NCBI GenBank assembly: GCA_013696425.1 | Contig: JACCYP010000063.1 | Span: forward strand, 1-32,192 | Direction of reading: 5' to 3' | Length of the DNA: 32,192 bases | Origin: Thermoleophilaceae bacterium | Lineage (GTDB): Bacteria > Actinomycetota > Thermoleophilia > Solirubrobacterales > Thermoleophilaceae | Shown: in pieces, positions 16,476 to 25,445 of the stretch | Layout: every line of letters starts with the position of its first letter | Position numbering within the stretch: the first letter of the stretch is position 1 | Made by a program: the position numbers and the translations under genes | The notes under the pieces: model-generated | Told to the model about the DNA's origin: nothing | The model's input: only the letters and a program-made list of their open reading frames with translations | Database searches by the model: none

Positions 16476-18406
16476 AGACCTTCGTCTCCGACGACACGAG
16501 CGGGCTGCGCACGCCGTTCCCCCCGATCGCCGAGTACTCGTTCCTGTCCGACTGCGAGACCTGCGCGCTGCTGGCTCCGAACGGCAATGTCGAGTGGCTC
16601 TGCCTGCCGCGCTTCGACTCCCCCTCTGTGTTCGGCGCGATCCTCGACCGCGACGCCGGCATCTTCCGCCTCGGCCCCGCCGACATCGAGGTGCCCACCG
16701 CCCGCCGCTACCTGCCGGGCACGATGGTGGTCGAGACCTCGTGGGGCACGAAGGGCGGCTGGGTGATCTGCCGCGACGTGCTGCTCATCGGCCCCTGGCA
16801 CCACGAGCACGAGCGCTCCGGCTCCCACCGCCGCTCGCCCACCGACTACGACGCCGACCACGTGCTGCTGCGGATGGTCCGCTGCGTGAACGGCGAGGTG
16901 CAGATCAACATGGATTGCGAGCCGGTGTTCGACTACGGGCGCACGCGCGGCGGGTGGGAGTACACCGGCCCGACCTACCACCAGGGCAAGTGCACGGCCG
17001 AGGGCCAGGACATCGAGCTCACGCTCACCACCGACCTGAACATCGGCTTCGAGGGCTCGCGCGCCACCGCCCGCCACCTGATGAAGCAGGGCGAGTCGAC
17101 CTTCTGCGCGCTCTCGTGGACCGAGCACGCGCCGCCGGCATCGACCGAGGAGGCCTACGAGCGCCTGGTGTGGACCGCGCATCACTGGCAGCACTGGCTC
17201 GACCACGGCGAGTTCCCCGACCACCCCTGGCGCACATATCTCCAGCGCAGCGCGCTCACCCTGAAGGGTCTCTCCTACGCGCCCACCGGCGCGATGATCG
17301 CCGCGGCCACCACCTCGCTGCCCGAGACACCCGGCGGCGAGCGCAACTGGGACTACCGCTACACCTGGATCCGCGACTCGACCTTCATGCTCTGGGGCCT
17401 CTACTCACTCGGCTTCGACTGGGAGGCCAACGACTTCTTCTATTTCATCGCTGACGTGGCGGAGGCGGAGGAGGGCCAGCTGCAGATCATGTACGGGATC
17501 GACGGCGAGGCGAAGCTCGTGGAGGAGGAGCTCGACCACCTTCAGGGCTACGACGGCGCGAAGCCGGTCCGGGTCGGCAACGGCGCCTACGACCAGGACC
17601 AGCACGACGTCTGGGGGGCGGTTCTCGACTCGGTCTACCTGCACACCAAGTCCCGCGACTACCTGCCCGAGCGGGTGTGGCCGATCTTGAAGAAGCAGGT
17701 CGAGGCCGCCCTGGAGAACTGGAGCGAGCCCGACGCCGGGATCTGGGAGGTGCGCGGGGAGTCCAAGCACTTCACCTCCTCGAAGATCATGTGCTGGGTG
17801 GCCGCCGACCGCGGCGCGCGGCTCGCGCGCATGCGCGAGGAGAACGACAAGGCCGAGGAGTGGCAGCAGGCCGCGGATGAGATCCACGCGGACATCTGCA
17901 AGAACGCCGTCGACAAGCGCGGCGTGTTCACCCAGCACTACGACACCGACGCCCTCGACGCCTCGGTGCTTCTCATACCGCTTGTGCGGTTCCTGCCCGC
18001 CGACGATGAGCGGGTGAAGAAGACCGTGCTGGCCGTGGCCGACGAGCTCACCATCGACGGCCTGGTGCTGCGCTACAAGGTCGAGGAGACCGACGACGGC
18101 CTCTCGGGCGAGGAGGGCACGTTCACGATCTGCTCGTTCTGGCTGGTGTCGGCGCTGTGTGAAATCGGGGAACTCAGCCGCGCCCGCGACCTCTGCGAGA
18201 AGCTCCTCTCCTACGCCTCGCCGCTCGGGCTCTACGCCGAGGAGATCGACTCGCGCACCGGGCGCCACCTCGGCAACTTCCCGCAGGCCTTCACCCATCT
18301 GGCGCTGATCAACGCGGTGATGCACATCATCCGCGCTGACCAGGATCTCGAGACGAAGGAGTTCTCCTTCGAGGACGAGGTAACCCGCCAGCAAGACTCG
18401 CAGTGA
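16472..18406 (+). CDS. Glycoside hydrolase family 15 protein (glucoamylase / actinobacterial trehalase-like)
   Basis: Contains IAEYSFLSDCETCALLAPNGNVEWLCLPRFDSPSVFGAIL, a typical N-terminus of bacterial GH15 proteins, plus WIRDSTF and ...FPQAFTHLALINA. The GTG start overlaps the pgl stop (GTGA). Confidence 0.85.
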   Translation: MKTFVSDDTSGLRTPFPPIAEYSFLSDCETCALLAPNGNVEWLCLPRFDSPSVFGAILDRDAGIFRLGPADIEVPTARRYLPGTMVVETSWGTKGGWVICRDVLLIGPWHHEHERSGSHRRSPTDYDADHVLLRMVRCVNGEVQINMDCEPVFDYGRTRGGWEYTGPTYHQGKCTAEGQDIELTLTTDLNIGFEGSRATARHLMKQGESTFCALSWTEHAPPASTEEAYERLVWTAHHWQHWLDHGEFPDHPWRTYLQRSALTLKGLSYAPTGAMIAAATTSLPETPGGERNWDYRYTWIRDSTFMLWGLYSLGFDWEANDFFYFIADVAEAEEGQLQIMYGIDGEAKLVEEELDHLQGYDGAKPVRVGNGAYDQDQHDVWGAVLDSVYLHTKSRDYLPERVWPILKKQVEAALENWSEPDAGIWEVRGESKHFTSSKIMCWVAADRGARLARMREENDKAEEWQQAADEIHADICKNAVDKRGVFTQHYDTDALDASVLLIPLVRFLPADDERVKKTVLAVADELTIDGLVLRYKVEETDDGLSGEEGTFTICSFWLVSALCEIGELSRARDLCEKLLSYASPLGLYAEEIDSRTGRHLGNFPQAFTHLALINAVMHIIRADQDLETKEFSFEDEVTRQQDSQ

Positions 18407-19371
18407 CCGGTTCCGCATTCGTCACCGGCGCGTCGGGCTTTATCGGCCGCGCACTGGTCGAGCGTCTGCGCGAATCCGGCTACGAGGTGCGTGGCGTGGA
18501 CGTGGCGGCGGATCCCGCGCGCGGGGTGGTGGCCGGCGATGTGTGCGAGCCAGCTGGCTGGCAGGGCCACGCAGAGGGCTGCGAGCTGTTCTTCCACACC
18601 GCGGCGCTCGTGTACATGCGCGGCGATCCCGAGCTCTTCTGGAGGGTGAACGTGCTGGGGGCGCGGCGTGCGCTCGACGCCGCGGCAGCGGCGGGCGCTG
18701 CACGGTTCGTGCACCTCTCCTCAGTGGTCGCCTTCGGCTTCGACTATCCCGACGGCGTGGACGAGCGCTGGCCGGTGCGCACAAACGGCGCGCCCTACGT
18801 GGACACGAAGGTGGCCGCGGAGGCCGCGGTGCTGACCGCGCACGGGGCAGGGGAGATCGCGGTCACGGTGATTCGCCCGGGAGACGTCTACGGGCCCGCC
18901 GGCAAGCAATGGACGATCGCGCCGGCGGAACTCATGAAGCAGGGCCGCTTCGCATTGCCGTTCCGCGGCCAGGGCCGCCACACGCCGGTGTACGTCGAGA
19001 ACCTCGTGGACGGGATCGTGCTCGCGGCCGAGAACGAGGCGGGCGCCGGCCAGGTGTTCGTGCTCACCGACGGGCACCCGAAGCTCACGACGGCCGACTA
19101 CTTCGACGGTTTCGCCGCCGCGCTGGGCCTGCCCGTCACGCGCAAGGTGCCGACCGTGGCGATGACCGCTGCCGCCTGGGCCATGCACCACGGCAGCCGG
19201 ATGGCGGGGCGCCCGAACCTCGTCGACCCGGACGCGGTGGCCTACCTCTGCCGCACGGGCACCTACTCGAATGCGAAGGCGCGCTCGATGCTCGGCTGGG
19301 AACCGAAGGTGTCCCTCGCGGAGGGGCTGCGGCGCTCGGCGGAATGGGTGCGCGCGGAGGGGATCGTCTAG
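18403..19371 (+). CDS. NAD(P)-dependent epimerase/dehydratase (extended SDR) family protein
   Basis: Contains AFVTGASGFIGRALVERL (GxxGxxG) and ...YVDTKVAAE (YxxxK). The GTG start overlaps the GH15 stop (GTGA). Confidence 0.85.
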   Translation: MTGSAFVTGASGFIGRALVERLRESGYEVRGVDVAADPARGVVAGDVCEPAGWQGHAEGCELFFHTAALVYMRGDPELFWRVNVLGARRALDAAAAAGAARFVHLSSVVAFGFDYPDGVDERWPVRTNGAPYVDTKVAAEAAVLTAHGAGEIAVTVIRPGDVYGPAGKQWTIAPAELMKQGRFALPFRGQGRHTPVYVENLVDGIVLAAENEAGAGQVFVLTDGHPKLTTADYFDGFAAALGLPVTRKVPTVAMTAAAWAMHHGSRMAGRPNLVDPDAVAYLCRTGTYSNAKARSMLGWEPKVSLAEGLRRSAEWVRAEGIV

Positions 19372-19796
19372 CGCGCGACGCGGTTGGTGCCGCGGCCCTC
19401 GTGCCAGGACTCGATCACCATCTTCGAGCGGTCCTCGTTCAGACCCACCACCACGAGCTCGGTGATGTCGAAGCGGAACAGGTGGTAGTCCTCGTCGTGA
19501 TCGACCTCCTCCGCGCTCCCGGCGAGCTTCGCGTCGCCGGCCCAGCCCTTGTCGGGATCCTCGGAGGCGCTGTGGAGGGCAAAGCGCGGATCGCGCTGCA
19601 GGTCGAGCGCCTTCATGGCGCCGTTCATGCTCCCGATGAAGATCTCGCCGTCGCGCATCTGGATCTCGGTGCCGCTGATGCGCGGCGAGCCGTCCTTGCG
19701 CACCGTGGCGATCGTGAGGTGCGTGTGCCCGTCGAGGAACGCCTTCGCGCGCGTGGCGAGCTCCGGCACCTCTTTCTCGACGTCTGCCCACCTCAT
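19368..19796 (-). CDS. Pyridoxamine 5'-phosphate oxidase-like (FMN/F420-binding split-barrel) family protein
   Basis: A 142-aa ORF containing AFLDGHTHLTIATVRKDGSPRISGTEIQMRDGEIFIGSMNGAMKALDLQRDPRFALH, a pattern typical of PNPOx-like split-barrel proteins. Family assignment is by pattern only. Confidence 0.65.
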   Translation of the reverse strand: MRWADVEKEVPELATRAKAFLDGHTHLTIATVRKDGSPRISGTEIQMRDGEIFIGSMNGAMKALDLQRDPRFALHSASEDPDKGWAGDAKLAGSAEEVDHDEDYHLFRFDITELVVVGLNEDRSKMVIESWHEGRGTNRVAR

Positions 19797-19822
19797 CGAT
19801 CCGGCAGCATAGGCTCCGCCGC

Positions 19823-20827
19823 TTGATCCTTCTCGTCTACCGCTACGACTCGACCTTCATCGCCATCGACCGCGCGATCCTCGGCGAGCGCGGCGAGGTC
19901 GAGGACTGGTCAGGGCGCAAGCCGATGAAGCCGCTCGCCACCTGGCGCGCGGTGCGGCGTTCGAAGCTGGTGGTGGGCTGGTTCGCCGGCTGGCACGCGG
20001 TGCTGCCCGTGCTGTTCGCGCGCCTGCAGCGCAAGCCCGCGCTGATGATCGTCGGCGGGATCGACGCGGCCTCGCTCCCGGAGATCGGCTACGGGTTCCA
20101 GCGGGGAGGTCCGCGTCAGTGGGCGGCGCGCTTCTGCATGAAGCGGGCGAGCGCACTTCTCACCAACTCGCACTACTCGCGCACGGAGCTCGAGCGCAAC
20201 GCGGGCGTTGATCCCGCTCGCGTGCGCGTGGTGCACCACGGGTTGCCGGACCCGTTCGGCGAGCTACCCGTGGAGCCGCGCGCGGTGAGCGTCCTGACCG
20301 TCGGCGTGGCGGACGAGCGCAACCTCGAGCGCAAGGGCCTACGACCGTTCGTCGAGGCGGCCGCGGAGCTGCCCGACGTGCCGTTCGTATTGGTGGGAAG
20401 GGCCGAGGGCGAGGCGGGCGAGAAGCTGCGCGCCATCGCGCCTGCCAACGTGGAGATCACCGGCTTCGTGGAGCCGGAGGAGCTCGACCAGCGCTACCGC
20501 AGCGCGACGATCTACGTGCAGGCCTCGCTGCACGAGGGCTTCGGCATGGCGGTGGTCGAGGCGATGCTGGCCGGCGCCATCCCGGTCGTGTCCGACCGCG
20601 GGGCGCTGCCGGAGGTCGTGGGCGATGCCGGGATCGTGGTGGAGGGGGTCGACCCCGAAGCCATCGCCAGCGGCATTCGCCGCGCCTTGAACGAAGGGGC
20701 GGACATGCGCATGAGGGCCCGCGAGCGCGCGCTGTCCCAGTTCAACCTCGACATGCGCGAGCGCGGTTTGCTGAGCGCCGTGGACGAGCTGGTCGAGCGC
20801 CCGCCAACGCCCGCGCGTCAGCCATGA
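19823..20827 (+). CDS. Glycosyltransferase, GT4 (GT-B, RfaB-like) family
   Basis: The C-terminal half contains YRSATIYVQASLHEGFGMAVVEAMLAGAIPVVSDRGALPEVVGDAG, the E-x7-E type GT4 motif. TTG start at 19823. High GC3 from the first codons. Confidence 0.8.
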   Translation: MILLVYRYDSTFIAIDRAILGERGEVEDWSGRKPMKPLATWRAVRRSKLVVGWFAGWHAVLPVLFARLQRKPALMIVGGIDAASLPEIGYGFQRGGPRQWAARFCMKRASALLTNSHYSRTELERNAGVDPARVRVVHHGLPDPFGELPVEPRAVSVLTVGVADERNLERKGLRPFVEAAAELPDVPFVLVGRAEGEAGEKLRAIAPANVEITGFVEPEELDQRYRSATIYVQASLHEGFGMAVVEAMLAGAIPVVSDRGALPEVVGDAGIVVEGVDPEAIASGIRRALNEGADMRMRARERALSQFNLDMRERGLLSAVDELVERPPTPARQP

Positions 20828-20875
20828 CCCGTTTGCACTAGGCCCCTTATAAGGGGGCAAACTGCAAACGGGCGC
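20828..20875. repeat. Palindromic element copy A: CCCGTTTGCA...TGCAAACGGG outer stem with inner CCCCTTA/TAAGGGG stem, filling the convergent gap between the GT4 gene and ctaB
   Basis: Read directly from the sequence. It shares an identical 16-mer, AACTGCAAACGGGCGC (20860-20875), with copy B (29015-29030). Confidence 0.7.
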
Positions 20876-20888
20876 CGTTGACGGGTCC

Positions 20889-21776
20889 CTACAGCCGCGC
20901 GTCGAGAACCATCGCGGCGAAGAGCAGCGCGAGGTAGGCCAGCGAGAAGAGGTACAGCTGCAGCGCGGCGCTGCGCGTGGCCTCCTTCATCAGGCGGTAG
21001 GCGCCGTAGATGAAGATCGCGCCGAGGCTGACGGATGCGACCAGGTAGGGGATCCCCATCCCGCCCGCGCAGAAGGGCAGCTGCGAGACGGCGTACAGGA
21101 GCACGGTGTAGAGCAGGATCTGGCGGCGGGTCTCCTCTTCGCCGCGCACCACTGGCAGCATCGGCACGCCGGCCTTCGCGTACTCGTCCTTCATGAGTAG
21201 CGACAGCGCCCAGAAGTGCGGCGGGGTCCAGAAGAAGACGATCGCGAACAGGTAGATCGCGGTGCCTGACAGGCCTCCGGTTACGGCTGCCCAGGCCACG
21301 AGCGGCGGCACTGCGCCGGCGGCGCCGCCGATCACGATGTTCTGCGGTGTGGTGCGCTTGAGCCACAGCGTGTAGACGAACACGTAGCCGAGGAAGCCCG
21401 AGAACGAGAGCGCGGCGGCGAGCGGGTTCACCGCCACGGTGAGCAGCACCAGCGAGGCCGCCGCCAGCACGATGCCGTAGGCGAGCGCCGCGCGCGGGGC
21501 GACACGGCCCGAGGGCACCGGCCGGTCGGCCGTGCGCGTCATGAGCGCGTCGAGGTCGCGGTCGAGGTAGTGGTTCACGGCGCCGGCGCCGCCGGCGGAG
21601 AGCGCGCCGCCGAGGCAGGTGAGCAGCACCAGCGAGATCGAGGGATCGCCCGCGACGTACATCGTCGTGACCGTGGTGAAGAGCAGCAGCGACTGCACCT
21701 TCGGCTTGGTCATGTCGAAGTAGTCGCGCGCGACCTGGAAGCGGCGCGCGCCGGTTATCGCTGCGGCGGAGGTCAT
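20889..21776 (-). CDS. ctaB: Protoheme IX farnesyltransferase (heme O synthase)
   Basis: Contains DYFDMTKPKVQSLLLFTT...AVNHYLDRDLDALMTRTADRPVPSGRV, a UbiA-family CtaB/CyoE signature. The ATG overlaps the ctaA stop (ATGA). Confidence 0.93.
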   Translation of the reverse strand: MTSAAAITGARRFQVARDYFDMTKPKVQSLLLFTTVTTMYVAGDPSISLVLLTCLGGALSAGGAGAVNHYLDRDLDALMTRTADRPVPSGRVAPRAALAYGIVLAAASLVLLTVAVNPLAAALSFSGFLGYVFVYTLWLKRTTPQNIVIGGAAGAVPPLVAWAAVTGGLSGTAIYLFAIVFFWTPPHFWALSLLMKDEYAKAGVPMLPVVRGEEETRRQILLYTVLLYAVSQLPFCAGGMGIPYLVASVSLGAIFIYGAYRLMKEATRSAALQLYLFSLAYLALLFAAMVLDARL

Positions 21777-22771
21777 GCAGTCACGGAGTCTCTCTCAACG
21801 GGCGGCGAAGCGCCGACCGGTGACGGCACCTTGTACAGATTCAGGATGAGCCCGACGAGCGCGGCCCACAGCAGCGTGCCGACGGCCAGGTGGGCCACGA
21901 TCAGCACCTCGTACTCCTCGAGCCACACGTTCAGCGCGCCGAGCACCAGCTGCACGAGCAGGATGCCTCCGGCGGCGTGCGCGAGCGTCACCACGCGCGC
22001 GTTCGGACGGCGCCGCAGAGCGGTGACCACGAGCCAGATCACGGCGATGGTCGCCAGGTACACGAACACGCGGTGGGTGAGATGGATGTCCACGAGGCGG
22101 GACTCGCCGAAGGGCAGGAACGCGTCGTTGCAGGTGGGGAACTCGCGCCCGCAGGCGTGGTGGGCGCCGTCGCCGAGCTGGTAGTCGGCGCGCCCGTAGT
22201 TCTGTGTGCCCGCCATGTATCCGCCCGCCACGATCGTGCCGAGCACGAGGCCGGCGGAGGAAAGCGCGAGGCCCTTGAAGCGCGGGCCGCCGTCGGGGGG
22301 CTCGGCGCCGATCACGTCGGGCCGCGAGGAGCGCCAGATGTAGATCACGAGCGCGAGCAGCAGCATCGCGAGCAGCAGGTGCGTGGCCACGAGCGCCTCG
22401 TCGAGGTTCTCCTCGACCACCACGGCGCCGAGTAGTCCCTGGAGCACCACGAGCGCGGCGGCGGCGATCGAGGCGCGCACGATCCCGATGCTGCCGCGGT
22501 AGCGGCGGAAGGCGAGCACGGCGAGGGCGAACATCATCAGGCCGACGATGCCCGCCAACGTGCGGTGGGAGTACTCGACCACGGCGTTCAGGTCGAGGCC
22601 CGGGAGTACATCTCCCTCGCACAGCGGCCAGCCGCTGAAGCCGCTGCCGGCGGGTCCGCAGCCGAGGCCGGAGTCGCTCACGCGGACGATCCCCCCGAGG
22701 ACGATCAGGAAAAAGGTGGCTACGCCGGTCCAGAAGGCGAGTCGCCGGAAGCCAGGGGAGGGGGCACCCAT
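21773..22771 (-). CDS. ctaA: Heme A synthase (COX15/CtaA), form with both Cys pairs
   Basis: This is the C-terminal part of track ORF 21773..24688. It contains FLIVLGGIVRVSDSGLGCGPAGSGFSGWPLCEG...EYSHR...HHACGREFPTCND...THR. Start is ATG 22771, with GTG 22795 as an alternative. Confidence 0.88.
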   Translation of the reverse strand: MGAPSPGFRRLAFWTGVATFFLIVLGGIVRVSDSGLGCGPAGSGFSGWPLCEGDVLPGLDLNAVVEYSHRTLAGIVGLMMFALAVLAFRRYRGSIGIVRASIAAAALVVLQGLLGAVVVEENLDEALVATHLLLAMLLLALVIYIWRSSRPDVIGAEPPDGGPRFKGLALSSAGLVLGTIVAGGYMAGTQNYGRADYQLGDGAHHACGREFPTCNDAFLPFGESRLVDIHLTHRVFVYLATIAVIWLVVTALRRRPNARVVTLAHAAGGILLVQLVLGALNVWLEEYEVLIVAHLAVGTLLWAALVGLILNLYKVPSPVGASPPVERDSVTA

Positions 22772-22854
22772 CGAGCCGGAAAGGGTACCCGTCACGGCTA
22801 GACCCTGGGGGTCATGGCAGACGAAGGCTTCGGGCTCGACAACGGGTTCGGCGC

Positions 22855-24546
22855 CTAGGAGACGGGCTGGGCGACGGAGCCCTCGGCGGCGGTCGACTTC
22901 TCGACCTCCCGCCGGATGTCCTTCATGGGCTCGACCGAACGCACGAGCGGCACGACGTCGAAGTTGTTCTCCGGCGGCGGCGACTGCGTGAACCACTCGA
23001 GCGTGTTGCCCTGCCACGGGTCGTTGCCCGCCCTGCGGCCCTTCTTCAGCGAGCGGATGACGTTCACCACGGTGATGAGAACGCCGATGCCGAGCAGGAA
23101 AGAGCCGACCGTCGAGATGAAGTTGAAACCCTCCCAGCCGGCCGCCTCGGGATAGCGGTAGATGCGCCGCGGCATGCCCGAGAGGCCCGCCGAGTGCTGC
23201 ACGAGGAAGGTGAGGTTGAAGCCCGCGAACATCACCCAGAAGGACAGCTTCCCGAGCCCCTCGGAGAGCATCCGGCCCGACATCTTCGGGAACCAGTAGT
23301 AGAGCCCGGCGAAGATGCCGAACACGGTGCCGCCGAACAGCACGTAGTGCAGGTGGGCGACCACGAAGTAGGTGTCGTGCAGCTGCCAGTCGACGGGGAA
23401 GATCGCGAGGAGCACTCCGGAGATGCCGCCGATCACGAAGAGGGCCGGCAGGGCGGCCGCGAAGTAGAGCGGGGTCTTGAACACGATCGAACCCCGCCAG
23501 AGCGTTGCGATCCAGTTGAAGATCTTGATGCCGGTAGGCACCGCGATCGCGAACGAGCTCAGCATGAAGAACACCAGCACGACCGTGGCCGTCGGCGTCG
23601 TGAACATGTGGTGCGCCCAGACGAGCATCCCGAGGAACGCGATGGCCGCCAGGGCCGCCGCCATCGCCTTGTAGCCGAACATCGGCTTGCGGGCGAAGAC
23701 GGGCAGGATCTCCGAGATGATCCCGAAGGCGGGCAGGATCATGATGTAGACCTCGGGGTGCCCGAAGAACCAGAACATGTGCTGCCACAGCAGCGGGTCC
23801 CCGCCGCCGGTCGTATCGAAGAACGCGGTACCGAAGTGGCGGTCCGTGAGCAGCATCGTGACCGCGGCGGCGATCGAGGGCAGCGCCAGGATCAGCATGA
23901 AGGAGTAGATGAGGATCGCCCACACGAACAGCGGCATCCGGCCCCAGCCCATGCCCTTCGCGCGCATGTTGTGGATGGTCGCCACGAAGTTGATCGCGCC
24001 CACGAGCGATCCGAGGCCCGTGAGGTGGACGAGGAAGATCCACGCGTCGATGCCGCCCGACTGCAGGTAGGCGTCGTCGGAGAGCGGCGCGTACGAGGTC
24101 CAGCCGGCTCCCGGCGGGTCGAAGAAGAGCGAGGCGTAGAACACCAGCCCGCCGAAGATGAAGAGCCAGAACGAGAGCGCGTTCAGCTTCGGGAAGGCCA
24201 TGTCGCGCGCGCCGATCATCAGCGGCACGAGGTAGTTGCCGAAGCCCGCGAGCACCGGAACGATGAACAGGAAGACCATCGTCGTGCCGTGCATGGTCAG
24301 CAGCGCGTCGTAGGTGTGCGGATTGACCAGCGTGTTGTCCGACACCGCGAGCTGGAGGCGCATGAGGAGGGCCTCGACGCCACCGAGGATGAAGAACATG
24401 AAGGTGGCGACCAGGTACATGATCCCGATCTTCTTGTGGTCGGTCGTTGTGAGCCACGAGAGCCAGCCGGTCTGTGGCTCCTTGATCTGGCGGAGCGTGA
24501 CCTCGGGCGAGGAGGTGCCGGCGGGCGGTGGCGCGGTGGCGGTCAT
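22855..24546 (-). CDS. ctaD: Cytochrome c oxidase subunit I, A1-type (GHPEV motif), second paralogue
   Basis: A 563-aa ORF. It contains TTDHKKIGIMY, WFFGHPEVYIMILPAFG (nt 23749-23766 encode FGHPEV, verified by hand), WAHHMF and VVAHLHYVLFGG. Confidence 0.95.
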   Translation of the reverse strand: MTATAPPPAGTSSPEVTLRQIKEPQTGWLSWLTTTDHKKIGIMYLVATFMFFILGGVEALLMRLQLAVSDNTLVNPHTYDALLTMHGTTMVFLFIVPVLAGFGNYLVPLMIGARDMAFPKLNALSFWLFIFGGLVFYASLFFDPPGAGWTSYAPLSDDAYLQSGGIDAWIFLVHLTGLGSLVGAINFVATIHNMRAKGMGWGRMPLFVWAILIYSFMLILALPSIAAAVTMLLTDRHFGTAFFDTTGGGDPLLWQHMFWFFGHPEVYIMILPAFGIISEILPVFARKPMFGYKAMAAALAAIAFLGMLVWAHHMFTTPTATVVLVFFMLSSFAIAVPTGIKIFNWIATLWRGSIVFKTPLYFAAALPALFVIGGISGVLLAIFPVDWQLHDTYFVVAHLHYVLFGGTVFGIFAGLYYWFPKMSGRMLSEGLGKLSFWVMFAGFNLTFLVQHSAGLSGMPRRIYRYPEAAGWEGFNFISTVGSFLLGIGVLITVVNVIRSLKKGRRAGNDPWQGNTLEWFTQSPPPENNFDVVPLVRSVEPMKDIRREVEKSTAAEGSVAQPVS

Positions 24547-25415
24547 TCGGATCCGACCCCCTGCAGCCGCTGGAGGCCGAGCCCGACCTGGGCCGCCTTG
24601 ATGTCGGCGCCCTGCTTGGCCGCCCAGGCCCTGAACTCGTCCGGCGGCACGGCGCGCACGCGGGCGAGCATGTCGGCGTGGTTCTCACCGCAGAGCTCGG
24701 CGCACTGGCCCTTGTAGATGCCTGGCTTCTCGATCTTGAACCAGGTCTCGTTCGTGTAGCCCGGAGTCGCGTCGGCCTTGCCGCCGAGCGTCGGGATCCA
24801 CCAGGAATGGATCACGTCCGAGGCCGTGATGTTGAGGGTCACCGTCGTGTTCGTGGGCACGACCATCTCGTAGAAGGAGTACAGCCGCTCGGCCTCGCCC
24901 TTGAGGGAGCCCGGGTAGTCGAAGCGCCACATGTACTGCTGGCCGTTCACGTCGATCTCGAGTGCCCCATTGCCGGGCGGCTTCGGCTGGTCGCGGGTGG
25001 CGAACTGGACGCCCTCTGCGGCCTGGTAGCCGTTGGCGCTCGAGGCGGGCGGATCCGTGATGTCGCCGAGGTAGAGGAAGGTGAGCACGGTGAGACCGAC
25101 GAGGATCACCGCCGCGCCGACGGTCCAGCCGATCTCGAGCGGCGTGTTGCCGCGGATCTGCTCCGCGTCCGGGCCACCGCGGCGGGCGCGGTACTTCACG
25201 AGGCAGTAGATGATCGCGCCCTCGACCACGAGGAAGATCACGAGGCCGATGATCAGCGTGATGTTGTAGAGGAAGGAGATGTCCTTCCCGTTCTGCGAGC
25301 CCTGCTCGTCGAAGGTGAAAATGCCTCCGAAGGCCGCCGGGGCGGCCACCAGGAGCAGCAGCAGGGCGCCCGTCAGGGCAAGGGTCGTCCGTGAGGAGCG
25401 CAAGGCGGGCGGCAT
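24543..25415 (-). CDS. ctaC: Cytochrome c oxidase subunit II (CuA type), second paralogue
   Basis: A 290-aa ORF with a signal-like N-terminus, two TM helices and DVIHSWWIP...CAELCGENHADM. No CxxCH. Its stop overlaps the subunit I start (ATGA). Confidence 0.93.
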   Translation of the reverse strand: MPPALRSSRTTLALTGALLLLLVAAPAAFGGIFTFDEQGSQNGKDISFLYNITLIIGLVIFLVVEGAIIYCLVKYRARRGGPDAEQIRGNTPLEIGWTVGAAVILVGLTVLTFLYLGDITDPPASSANGYQAAEGVQFATRDQPKPPGNGALEIDVNGQQYMWRFDYPGSLKGEAERLYSFYEMVVPTNTTVTLNITASDVIHSWWIPTLGGKADATPGYTNETWFKIEKPGIYKGQCAELCGENHADMLARVRAVPPDEFRAWAAKQGADIKAAQVGLGLQRLQGVGSE

Positions 25416-25445
25416 CTTATCGGGCGCCTTGGCGGCTCAACGCCC

